17,294 nt of DNA, from the NCBI GenBank assembly GCA_027050205.1, contig JALUCS010000024.1, positions 1 to 17,294 on the forward strand, given 5' to 3'. The translations under genes were made by a program, and so were the position numbers. Below, in pieces: positions 1 to 8,423 of this stretch; position 1 is the first letter of the stretch; each line of letters begins with the position of its first letter. This DNA comes from a candidate division WOR-3 bacterium. GTDB taxonomy: Bacteria > Hydrothermota > Hydrothermia > LBFQ01. Below the pieces are notes generated by a model. The model saw only the letters and a program-made list of their open reading frames with translations. It made no database searches and was not told the DNA's origin.

Positions 1-357
1 CATCATAGCCCCTATTCTCAGGGCGAAGTGTCCCTGGGGTAGGGGCCTTTTCAATTCTTAAGCTGTGTGTTTCAAATCAAATGAATCAATTCTTGAACTT
101 ATGAGACGGAATCGCGAAAGTACTGGTATTCAACCCACCGTTCCATCAGCCAACTGACGTACCAATTCCCATCTCTAACCCAAATCGGGTGTTAGGCTCC
201 GTTAAAGGACCCTCAACGGGGGATGGCGGTCCGTTCAAAAGTGCGATTTACGGTTTTTAAGGGAATCCCCTGTCTCCGCATCCACCGTCTCCGTCCGTCC
301 ATCTACAAAACCGGTATCCTTCAATCTTTCGGCAGTGAGAGCCGGACCCCAAGAGTC

Positions 358-2127
358 CTACCTCACCACCTCCCTTACGTAGCCGCCTCCCTTACAGGCG
401 ATGAAGTATATCCTGCCTCTCTCCCTCTTGCCAACGAGCCTGCCGGAGGGGTCGTAAACCTTTCCAGTCGGCTCACACGTGCGGATGCGGGGGCTGTGGG
501 CCGGACCCTCCTCCAGACCGAGGGGTAGGGGATCCCCTGTCGCCTCCCTCCACCTCGCCGATAGGTACTGGAGGAACTGGTCGGCGAAGTGCCTGCTGTA
601 TATTATGACGATCACCTCATCGCTACGGGTGAAACCGTTGTAGCTCCAGTTGGCGGAGCCGAACTCCACGGCCGATAGGTCCCTTATGGCAAACTTGTCG
701 TGGAAGGTGTAGCCGTTGAGGTAGGGGGCGACGTAGGTCGGAGGTCCCCATGTGCGCATAACCTGACTCTCGGAGTAGGAGCTGTTCCAGTCGGAGTAGT
801 CAAAGAGGCCCACCACCGTACGGCCGGAGTTGTGGAGGATGCGGTACGCGTCCCTTATGCCGTCGTGGGTGAAGACGTTTATGCCGAAGTGTATCTGGGT
901 GGAGGTGGAGAGGATGAACCGCCTGAAGGCGTCTTCGGCCGTATCCGCTGGCGGGAACCACACCCCTATGCTCTCGGCCGGGAAGTAGTTGTCCGTGTTG
1001 TGAGTCTTCTCTGTGCCGAACCTCGCCGCGGAGGGGTTGGGGGTGTCCCCGGAGGAACCCCACATCTCGTTGAACTCCCTAAGGAACTGGCGGGCTACCA
1101 CGGGTACCCTTATAGCTGTGAGGTTGTTCACCTGAAGGGTGTCGGCGTAGACGGTGAAGTTGTACGAGCCTACCAGGACGACGTCGTTGGTGGTATCGCT
1201 GTCCCGTGTGTCTATGGAGACTATCTTCATATGCATCAGGCCGGCGTCGGAGCGGAGGGAGTCGGAGAGGACGGGTATCCCAGCGGAGCGGAGCTGGGCG
1301 ATGTAGGAGTTGTTGTGGGAGGACTCGTATATTACCCGGACCCTAACACCCCTGCTGTGGGCGTCTATGAGGGCGTCGGTTATGGTTTGGGAGGTGAGGT
1401 TGTATATGGTCACGTCTACGCTGTAGCGGGCCTTGTTTATGAACTTGGCCAGAATAAAGCGGAGGGTGTCGCTGCCGTAGTTCTTCACGATGCGGGAGAC
1501 GGTGGTATCCGTGGGTTTGTTGAAGAAGGGGGTGTAGTACCGGAGGGCTACGGGGTTTATGTCCCCGTCATCCCGTGGGACGATGCGGTAGTGGGTGTTG
1601 TACTGATCCAGTACCCCCGTCAGCTCCACCGTATCCCCGACGAAGGGGAAGTACTGAAAGGCGTCCCTGTTCAAAGCCCAGACGTCCGACCCTCCCGCCG
1701 TCAGGACGAACTCTCCCCTGCGGTTTACCCAGGCGTCCTTCACCCACCCCTCCGTCCTGACCAGGACCCCCTCAAGGCTCTCGGCCACCTCCGGCACGGT
1801 TACGTTCAAGGGAGGGATGGGGGAGCCGCTTCCGAGGACGTTGATTGAGGATAGGACTATCTCCGTGTTTTTCCGATATTCCTGGACCGTTCCGGAGACC
1901 TCTACGCTGTCCCAGAGGGAGATGGAGGGCATAGAGGCACCGGCATATACGAATATCCCGGACCACGCCCCGACGCTGTCCTGGATGTAGAAGCCCCTTA
2001 GGTCGGGGAGTATGGCCGTCACCACACCTCTTAACGTCACGGAGGTCCCCACGTACGGGGAATCCCCCGAAGGGTCGGTTGTGTATTGCACATCCCGTAT
2101 GCTCAAGGTCGTTAAGACTACGAACAC
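358..2127 (-). CDS. Secreted phospholipase D-superfamily protein (putative nuclease/phosphodiesterase) with N-terminal OB-fold region and short T9SS-like C-terminal tail
   Basis: Two intact HKD motifs (HMKIVSID...GSYNFT and HDKFAIRD...GSANWS). The N-terminal region (SIRDVQ...VTLRGVVTA...GFYIQD...SGIFVY) resembles OB folds of extracellular nucleases. C-terminus VYDPSGRLV...IYF. Start placed at GTG 2127, 6 nt after TAGAAT; the ORF-track ATG 2133 is the alternative. Confidence 0.85.
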   Translation of the reverse strand: MFVVLTTLSIRDVQYTTDPSGDSPYVGTSVTLRGVVTAILPDLRGFYIQDSVGAWSGIFVYAGASMPSISLWDSVEVSGTVQEYRKNTEIVLSSINVLGSGSPIPPLNVTVPEVAESLEGVLVRTEGWVKDAWVNRRGEFVLTAGGSDVWALNRDAFQYFPFVGDTVELTGVLDQYNTHYRIVPRDDGDINPVALRYYTPFFNKPTDTTVSRIVKNYGSDTLRFILAKFINKARYSVDVTIYNLTSQTITDALIDAHSRGVRVRVIYESSHNNSYIAQLRSAGIPVLSDSLRSDAGLMHMKIVSIDTRDSDTTNDVVLVGSYNFTVYADTLQVNNLTAIRVPVVARQFLREFNEMWGSSGDTPNPSAARFGTEKTHNTDNYFPAESIGVWFPPADTAEDAFRRFILSTSTQIHFGINVFTHDGIRDAYRILHNSGRTVVGLFDYSDWNSSYSESQVMRTWGPPTYVAPYLNGYTFHDKFAIRDLSAVEFGSANWSYNGFTRSDEVIVIIYSRHFADQFLQYLSARWREATGDPLPLGLEEGPAHSPRIRTCEPTGKVYDPSGRLVGKRERGRIYFIACKGGGYVREVVR

Positions 2128-2133
2128 CTCCAT

Positions 2134-2165
2134 ATTCTACCGCCGCAACACGGCCGCCGTAAAAT
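2134..2165. promoter_or_regulatory. Back-to-back divergent -10 boxes (TAGAAT on -, 2134-2139; TAAAAT on +, 2160-2165)
   Basis: Each hexamer lies exactly 6 nt before an in-frame start codon (GTG 2127, ATG 2172). Confidence 0.7.
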
Positions 2166-2171
2166 ACCCTT

Positions 2172-4061
2172 ATGATGCTTCTGCTCTCCTTCTTTCAGGT
2201 GAAGGACGCCTGGCGGCCGGAGGAGCCTTTCCTCCTGAAGTGGCATAAAACGGTGGGGTACCACCTCTACGATTGGCCGGACGTTGAACCTCCCCCCTAC
2301 GACGTCAGGAAGTACGTCATAAGGATGGGGGTCTGGGGTGGAACGGTACAGTACGCCCACACTACCGTTAAGGTGGTTGGTAGGTACGCCACCGATACCA
2401 TCATCCTCAACTTCAACTGGGACCCCATAGACAGCGTAAAGTACAACGGCAACCCTATCTCCTTCTACACGACCGGTGCGGACACCTCCCGAAAGCTCGT
2501 CCTTCCCCTCCCCTCAACCCTAAACCCCGGAGATACCGCCCTCTTGGACGTCTTCTATCACGGCTACCCTCCCAGTTCGGGGTGCATGGGGTACGGCGGA
2601 GGGATGAGCATCCAGTCCCCCAGCTGGGTCTATACGGACAACGAGCCTTACGGTTTGAGGTGCTGGGTCCCCTCCTACGACCAACCTTACGAGAAAGCGG
2701 ACGAGGGGGTGGAGTTCTATATAACCACGGACAGCAGCCTTGAGGTCGTGGCGAACGGCCTACTGCAGGATACGACGGCGTCAGGCGCATTTAAGACGTG
2801 GCACTACGCCCATTCCCACCCTATAGCCCCCTACCTCATAACCTTCGCCATAAGGGACCTAAGGGCGAAGGAGTGGACCTGGACCTACGGCTCCATAACC
2901 ATGCCCGTAAGGGCCTGGATACTGGCCAGCGACACCGACACCGTCTGGGGGAACCGCCTGACGGAGATGCTTACGGCCTTCTCTATAAGGTACGGGGTGT
3001 ATCCCTTCCACAACGAGAAGTACGAGGAGAGCGCCGTCCTACCCGGAGGCTGGGCTATGGAGGACCAGACCAACTCCTTCTTCGGTGGGTACTACGCCGG
3101 GTGGGTGGAGGCCCACGAGCTTTCCCACCAGTGGTGGGGAGACAACGTGACGTGCGGCACCTTCAAGGACATCTGGCTGAACGAGGGTTTCGCCACCTAC
3201 AGCGAGATGGTCTGGAGGGAGCATGTGGGCGGATGGGCGGCCTACCGGAGTTACTACGACAGGCGGGCGGACTCCACCATCTTCACCTACGCCTCCAACC
3301 CCGGCAAACCCGTCTACAACCCCGGTCCGGGTATGGGGGACGCCTTCTCGGTCTATACCTACAACAAGGGGGCAGCCGTCCTCCATATGCTCCGCTACGT
3401 CCTTGACAAGGATACCTCTCTCTTCTTCGGGGCTTTGAGGTACTACAGGAGTAGGCACGAAGGCTCCTACGCCCTGACCAGCGACTTCGTAAGCGATGTC
3501 CAGACCTACACCGGGCGGGACCTCTCCTGGTTCTTCAACGAGTGGGTTTATGAACCAGGTTGGCCGGTCTATAACGTCCGGTGGAACAGGTTCAACGACG
3601 GTGGGGGCTGGAGCATACTGCTTCAGGTTGAGCAGACCCAGCCTTCCGGGGCGCCCACCTTCAAGATGCCCATAGAGGTTAAGGTATTCACACCAACTGG
3701 AGACACCACCGTGGTGATATGGGACAGCCTTGACGTCCAGCACTTCTGGATAACCGTAAGCGACAGGCCGGACAGCATCCTGTGGGACCCGGACAACTGG
3801 GTCTTGGAGCAGCACACCGTAGCCTACGACCCCTCCCTCACCGTTGGGGAAGCCGCAGAGCCGAGGAGCCGGGACATAACCGTAAGGGTTGAGGGGAGCA
3901 GGGCCGTGATACTTCCGCCCCTCGGCAGCGATGAGGTGGCCGTATACGACCCCTCCGGCAGAAAGCTGGCCACCGGTAGGGGTAGGTTGGAGGTCCGTTT
4001 GAGGGCCGGGGCCTACTACGCCGTAAGCGGTGCCAAGGTGAAGGCCTTCGTCGTAAGGTAG
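2172..4061 (+). CDS. M1-family zinc aminopeptidase with T9SS-like C-terminal sorting domain
   Basis: HELSHQWWG...WLNEGFATY (HEXXH-x18-E), GAMEN-like WAMED and YNKGA. C-terminus VAVYDPSGRKL...GAYYAV...KAFVVR. Confidence 0.92.
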   Translation: MMLLLSFFQVKDAWRPEEPFLLKWHKTVGYHLYDWPDVEPPPYDVRKYVIRMGVWGGTVQYAHTTVKVVGRYATDTIILNFNWDPIDSVKYNGNPISFYTTGADTSRKLVLPLPSTLNPGDTALLDVFYHGYPPSSGCMGYGGGMSIQSPSWVYTDNEPYGLRCWVPSYDQPYEKADEGVEFYITTDSSLEVVANGLLQDTTASGAFKTWHYAHSHPIAPYLITFAIRDLRAKEWTWTYGSITMPVRAWILASDTDTVWGNRLTEMLTAFSIRYGVYPFHNEKYEESAVLPGGWAMEDQTNSFFGGYYAGWVEAHELSHQWWGDNVTCGTFKDIWLNEGFATYSEMVWREHVGGWAAYRSYYDRRADSTIFTYASNPGKPVYNPGPGMGDAFSVYTYNKGAAVLHMLRYVLDKDTSLFFGALRYYRSRHEGSYALTSDFVSDVQTYTGRDLSWFFNEWVYEPGWPVYNVRWNRFNDGGGWSILLQVEQTQPSGAPTFKMPIEVKVFTPTGDTTVVIWDSLDVQHFWITVSDRPDSILWDPDNWVLEQHTVAYDPSLTVGEAAEPRSRDITVRVEGSRAVILPPLGSDEVAVYDPSGRKLATGRGRLEVRLRAGAYYAVSGAKVKAFVVR

Positions 4062-4084
4062 GGGCCAGCGGTAAAATGGGCGGC

Positions 4085-5536
4085 GTGAAGGTCCTGATAG
4101 CCAACCGGGGGGAGATAGCCATCCGGGTCCACCGGACCCTCTCGGAGATGGGTTTCAGGAGCGTCGGGATATACACGGAGGCAGATGAAGGGTGGCCCTT
4201 CACCTACGAGTTGGACGAGGTCTATCCCGTAGGTTCCTACCTCGCCATAGACGAGATCTTAGACGTCGCCCTCAAGAGTGGGGCGAGGTACGTACATCCG
4301 GGATACGGCTTTCTAGCCGAAAATCCTGACTTCGCCCGGAGGGTGAGGGAGAGGGGCCTCATATTCGTGGGGCCTTCCCCGGAGGCCATGGAGATGGTGG
4401 GGGACAAGGCGAAGGCCAAGGAGGTAGCCCGTAGGGTTGGAGTCCCCACCGTCCCCGGCTCCGAACCGTCGGACGACCCCGACACCGTCCTGCGGGCGAT
4501 AGAGGAGATAGGCCTGCCCGTCCTCCTCAAGGCCGTCGCCGGAGGGGGCGGTAAGGGTATGAGGGTTATAGATAGGGGAGAGAACGTAAGGGAGGCCGTA
4601 CTCTCCGCACAGAGGGAGGCCCTTGGGGCCTTCGGGGACCCCCGCCTGATGGTTGAGAGGTACGTATTCCCCGCCCGCCACATAGAGGTACAGGTGGTGG
4701 CCGACGGCAGCAGCGTCCTCATCCTCGGTGAAAGGGAGTGTTCCCTCCAGAGGAGGCACCAGAAGATAGTGGAGGAGACGCCATCGCCGGTACTGGACGA
4801 CGAGAAAAGGCAGCGGCTGTACGATTACGCCCGCCGGATAGTTGAGGGGGTAGGATACACCAACGCCGGTACGGTTGAATTCCTCTACGATGAGGAGAGG
4901 GGGGAGTTCTACTTCCTTGAGGTGAACGCCCGCCTCCAGGTGGAGCATCCCGTAACGGAGATGGTGACGGGCCTTGATCTGGTGCGGCTCCAGATGGAGG
5001 TGGCCTCCGGTGAAGGGTTGAGCGTCCGTCAGGAGGACGTGGCCTTCAGGGGTGCCGCAATAGAGGCCCGACTCTACGCCGAGGACCCGGAGAGGGACTT
5101 TCTGCCATCCTCCGGTAAGTTGGAGGCCCTGGAGTTCCCCCATATGCCCGGCGTCAGGATAGATACGGGGGTGATTGAGGGGACGGAGGTCTCCCACCTC
5201 TACGACCCTATGATAGCGAAGGTCATAGCCTACGCCCCCGACAGGGATCAGGCCCGCAGGAGGCTCATAAACGCCCTGAAAGGTACCCTACTCTTCGGCC
5301 CCAAGACCAACCTCCACTTCCTGATCTACCTCCTTGAGAGCGTGGAGTACGCATCCGGCAAAACCTACACCCACACGGTTGGGGAGGTGCTAAGGAGATA
5401 CCTGAAGGAGGACTTCCGGCTGCCGGAGGACATAGAAGAGTTCGTAAGGGGGCTGAAACTAAGGCCAAGGAGCGTAGGGACGCAACCGGAGGATACCGCC
5501 CTATACACCCGCGTTAAGGCGGGCCTGTACCCGTAG
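4085..5536 (+). CDS. Biotin carboxylase (acyl-CoA/pyruvate carboxylase BC subunit), no fused biotinyl domain
   Basis: KVLIANRGEIA, HPGYGFLAEN, GGGGKGMR, RECSLQRRHQK, EVNARLQVEHPVTE and YDPMIAK. GTG 4085 is preferred as start (7 nt after TAAAAT 4072-4077) because the ORF-track ATG 4076 overlaps the -10 box. Confidence 0.92.
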   Translation: MKVLIANRGEIAIRVHRTLSEMGFRSVGIYTEADEGWPFTYELDEVYPVGSYLAIDEILDVALKSGARYVHPGYGFLAENPDFARRVRERGLIFVGPSPEAMEMVGDKAKAKEVARRVGVPTVPGSEPSDDPDTVLRAIEEIGLPVLLKAVAGGGGKGMRVIDRGENVREAVLSAQREALGAFGDPRLMVERYVFPARHIEVQVVADGSSVLILGERECSLQRRHQKIVEETPSPVLDDEKRQRLYDYARRIVEGVGYTNAGTVEFLYDEERGEFYFLEVNARLQVEHPVTEMVTGLDLVRLQMEVASGEGLSVRQEDVAFRGAAIEARLYAEDPERDFLPSSGKLEALEFPHMPGVRIDTGVIEGTEVSHLYDPMIAKVIAYAPDRDQARRRLINALKGTLLFGPKTNLHFLIYLLESVEYASGKTYTHTVGEVLRRYLKEDFRLPEDIEEFVRGLKLRPRSVGTQPEDTALYTRVKAGLYP

Positions 5537-5564
5537 CCCAACGGACGTATAATAGGGGGCGACC

Positions 5565-7136
5565 TTGATAAGGAGACTGACCGTAAGGGATTACCTCCTA
5601 TTCGGTGCGGCGACTCTGGAGCTGGGGAGGGGTTTCAACGTCCTCTCCGGCGAAACGGGGGCAGGTAAGTCCCTCCTGATAGACGCCATAAACCTCCTCG
5701 CCGGTGGGAGGGTGGATTGGGATTCCGTGCCGAGGAGGGCCTATCTGGAGATGGTCCTGGAGGGGGACAGAGACATGGAGGCCTCCCTAAGGGACCTCGG
5801 CATCCCCTACGACGGGGAGGTGGTCGTAAGGCGCACGTTGAACCCGGCCACCCGGAGGTCCCGCATCCTCATCAACGACATGCAGGTCTCCGCCTCCACC
5901 GTCAGGAGGCTCCTTGAGGGGAAGATCTTCGTAGGCTCCCAGTTCTCCCATATGGCCGTAGATGACCCCCACTTCCAGACGGAGGTTCTGGACAGGTTCA
6001 CCGGCATAGACCTCGGAAGGTACCCCAGCCTCTACGCCGAGTACGTTGCCAAGAAGGAGAGGATGAGGAGGTTGGAGAGCCGTCTGAACGAGTTAAGGGA
6101 GAGGGAGGACTACCTCCGGTTCCAACTGGAGGAAGTCAGGAGGTTGGGGTTGAGGGAAGGGGAGGAGGAGGATCTGCTCCGGAGGAGGGAGGAGTTAGAG
6201 GAGAGCATAAGGGCGCAGGAGTGGAGCGGGAGGTTCAGGGAGGTGTATCCCAGCGTACGGGAGGCCATCGCCTCCCTCCTTAGGGATGCTCCGGAGAGGT
6301 TCAGGGGGAGGTTGAGGGACATCCTTGACACCCTTACGGACATAGCCCTTGAGGTGCCGGAGGAGTGGGAGGACCTTCAGGAGGAGTTTGACAGGATAAA
6401 CGCCCGCCTGTACGAGATAGGTAGGCTGAAGAGCAAGTTCCGTACGGACTTCGCCGGACTCCTCAAACTGGAGACCTCCCTTGAGGAGGAACTGAAAGCC
6501 ATAGGGGAGATGGAGGAGGAGGTGGAGAGGCTCCGGAGTGAGCTTATCCTCCTTGAGGAGGAGATGGGGAGGCTGGCCGATAGCATAGACGCCGAGAGGA
6601 GGAGGTACCTCAAGGACTTCGCTGCCTACATAGGGGAGAACCTGAAGGCCCTCGGATTTGAGTACGTCAAGACCTCCGTAAGGTTGGAACCTTCGGATTT
6701 CCACGTCAGGGGTAAATCCTTAGTGCGTATTCTCATCTCCACCATCCCCGACGTCCCACCCCAGGAGTTGGCTCACCTCTCCGGTGGTGAGCTTGCCCGT
6801 ACCGCCCTCGTCCTCTTCTCCACGGGGGCATCCCACTTCCGCACCCTCATACTGGACGAGATAGACGTGGGGGTAAGCCCCTCCGTGGCATCCCGTATAG
6901 GGAGTCTCCTGAAGGCCCTGTCCAGCGACGTGCAGATTATAGCCATAACCCACCAGGCCTCCACGGCCTCCTACGCCGACAGGCACTTCGTAGTTGAGAG
7001 GTTGTCCCCCGCCGAAGCCACCGTCAGGGAGGTACGAGGAGAGGAGAGGTGGAGGGAACTGGCCCGTATGATGGGGGTATCCGACCCCGACCTCGCGAGG
7101 GCCACCTTGGAAACTACAAAAAATAGAACCCTCTAG
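5565..7136 (+). CDS. recN: DNA repair protein RecN (SMC-like ATPase)
   Basis: Walker A GETGAGKS, central coiled coil, signature LSGGE, Walker B LILDEID, ITHQ and ELARMM. TTG start preceded by TATAAT (5548-5553) and AGGGGG. Confidence 0.9.
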   Translation: MIRRLTVRDYLLFGAATLELGRGFNVLSGETGAGKSLLIDAINLLAGGRVDWDSVPRRAYLEMVLEGDRDMEASLRDLGIPYDGEVVVRRTLNPATRRSRILINDMQVSASTVRRLLEGKIFVGSQFSHMAVDDPHFQTEVLDRFTGIDLGRYPSLYAEYVAKKERMRRLESRLNELREREDYLRFQLEEVRRLGLREGEEEDLLRRREELEESIRAQEWSGRFREVYPSVREAIASLLRDAPERFRGRLRDILDTLTDIALEVPEEWEDLQEEFDRINARLYEIGRLKSKFRTDFAGLLKLETSLEEELKAIGEMEEEVERLRSELILLEEEMGRLADSIDAERRRYLKDFAAYIGENLKALGFEYVKTSVRLEPSDFHVRGKSLVRILISTIPDVPPQELAHLSGGELARTALVLFSTGASHFRTLILDEIDVGVSPSVASRIGSLLKALSSDVQIIAITHQASTASYADRHFVVERLSPAEATVREVRGEERWRELARMMGVSDPDLARATLETTKNRTL

Positions 7137-7151
7137 CTTAAAGCATTTGTG

Positions 7152-7170
7152 GGGGGAGGATACCTCCCCC
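7152..7170. terminator. GC-rich hairpin between convergent recN and the rpsL-rpsG-orf114 operon
   Basis: GGGGGAGG-ATA-CCTCCCCC forms a perfect 8-bp stem. There is no clear U-tract on either strand. Confidence 0.5.
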
Positions 7171-7172
7171 GA

Positions 7173-7517
7173 TTACGCTTCCAACTCCTTTATCCGCCGC
7201 TCAAGGGTCTCGGCGGTGATGAAATCGTTGTTCTTGTACTCCAGGACTAAGGCCTTGACCACCCTCCGCCTCTCGCTCGCTTTCATATTGGCGAAGGAGT
7301 CTCCGACGACGTTTTGCCAAGCGTCTACCAACTTGACCAACCGCCAACTCTTCATATGGGTCGGGTACTTCATGAGCATACGGTTGGCCAACTCCCTCGC
7401 CTCGTCGTACTTACCTACGACCAGGAGGTCCTTTATCTTGGCGAAGGCCTTGTCCAACTTGGAGTTTATCTTCCTCTTCTGCTGCTTCGCTATCTGGTAC
7501 TGCTTCCACCTGCTCAT
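7173..7517 (-). CDS. Hypothetical basic helical protein (114 aa) directly downstream of rpsG
   Basis: ATG 10 nt after the rpsG stop with a GGGG SD-like tract and host-like codon usage. 26 K/R versus 14 D/E. TPR-like segment GKYDEARELANRMLMKYP. Confidence 0.75.
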   Translation of the reverse strand: MSRWKQYQIAKQQKRKINSKLDKAFAKIKDLLVVGKYDEARELANRMLMKYPTHMKSWRLVKLVDAWQNVVGDSFANMKASERRRVVKALVLEYKNNDFITAETLERRIKELEA

Positions 7518-7527
7518 ACCGAACCCC

Positions 7528-7995
7528 CTACCACCTGAAGTGAGCGAATACCCTGTTGGCCTCGGCCATCTTGTGGACGTTCTCGCGGGTCTTGACGGCG
7601 TTCCCGGTACCCTTGTACGCGTCTATGATCTCGGCGGCGAGCTTCTCGTACATACGGCGGCCCGGCCTACTGCGGGCGGCCCTGATTATCCACTTTATGG
7701 CTAGGGAGGTCTGACGCTTTGGACGGACCTCAACCGGTATCTGGTAGTTGGCTCCACCGATACGGCGAGAACGGACCTCAACGGACGGCTTCACGTTCTC
7801 TATGGCCTTGTGGAATACGTCAAGCGGGTTCTCCCCCGTCCTCTCGGCCACCAACTCCATGGCCTTGTAGAAGATCTTCTGGGCCTTCGTCTTCTCGCCG
7901 TCCCACATGAGGTTGTTTATGAACTTGGCCACAAGCTCACTCTTATAGACGGGATCCGGTACGACCTTCCTCTCTGGCGCCCTTCTCCTTCTCAT
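7528..7995 (-). CDS. rpsG: 30S ribosomal protein S7
   Basis: [31 protein letters not shown] and [15 protein letters not shown]. Strong SD AAGGAGG upstream. Confidence 0.99.
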   Translation of the reverse strand: MRRRRAPERKVVPDPVYKSELVAKFINNLMWDGEKTKAQKIFYKAMELVAERTGENPLDVFHKAIENVKPSVEVRSRRIGGANYQIPVEVRPKRQTSLAIKWIIRAARSRPGRRMYEKLAAEIIDAYKGTGNAVKTRENVHKMAEANRVFAHFRW

Positions 7996-8009
7996 AGCTC
8001 CTCCTTTGA

Positions 8010-8384
8010 TTAGTCCTTAGGCTTGGGGGTGCCGTACTTTGAACGCGAGTTCCTACGGCCAGCGACGCCGGCGGCGTCGTAAACGCCCCTTACGATGTGA
8101 TACTTCACGCCGGGCAGGTCCTTAACTCGCCCGCCCCTGACGAGAACCGTAGAGTGTTCCTGAAGGTTGTGGCCTTCACCCGGTATGTATGCTATGACCT
8201 CCTTACCGTTGGAAAGCCTCACCTTCGCCACCTTCCGCAGGGCCGAGTTGGGCTTCTTGGGTGTCGTAGTATAAACGCGTATGCACGTCCCCTTCTTCTG
8301 GGGGTTCCCCTCCAAAGCCGGGGACTTCGTCTTTTTCTTCCTCTTCTTCCTACCGTACCTCACTAACTGGTTGATGGTTGGCAT
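8010..8384 (-). CDS. rpsL: 30S ribosomal protein S12
   Basis: [34 protein letters not shown] and RVKDLPGV. Confidence 0.99.
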   Translation of the reverse strand: MPTINQLVRYGRKKRKKKTKSPALEGNPQKKGTCIRVYTTTPKKPNSALRKVAKVRLSNGKEVIAYIPGEGHNLQEHSTVLVRGGRVKDLPGVKYHIVRGVYDAAGVAGRRNSRSKYGTPKPKD

Positions 8385-8407
8385 AGGCGGGTATTATACT
8401 GGGGAAA
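8385..8407 (-). promoter_or_regulatory. Putative leaderless promoter of rpsL (TTTCCCCAG-TATAAT-ACCCGCCT-ATG)
   Basis: Perfect TATAAT (8393-8398) 8 nt before the ATG, with no SD. Near-identical to the element upstream of rpmH. Confidence 0.75.
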
Positions 8408-8423
8408 AGTTTGGAATGCCGCC

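Noticed and set aside
1..19. Possible minus-strand gene start at the window edge (GAGAAT-7nt-ATG ATG)
   Set aside because: It fits the leaderless pattern loosely, but only two codons are visible and the hexamer is non-consensus.
223..528. 101-aa plus-strand ORF
   Set aside because: Overlaps the 3' end of the PLD gene antisense and has no motifs or initiation signal.
700..1848. 382-aa plus-strand ORF
   Set aside because: Antisense shadow of the PLD gene; its V/G/E-rich composition is typical of reverse-frame read-through in GC-rich DNA.
8010..8384. Streptomycin-resistance substitutions in S12
   Set aside because: The PKKPNSA and RVKDLPG motifs are wild type.
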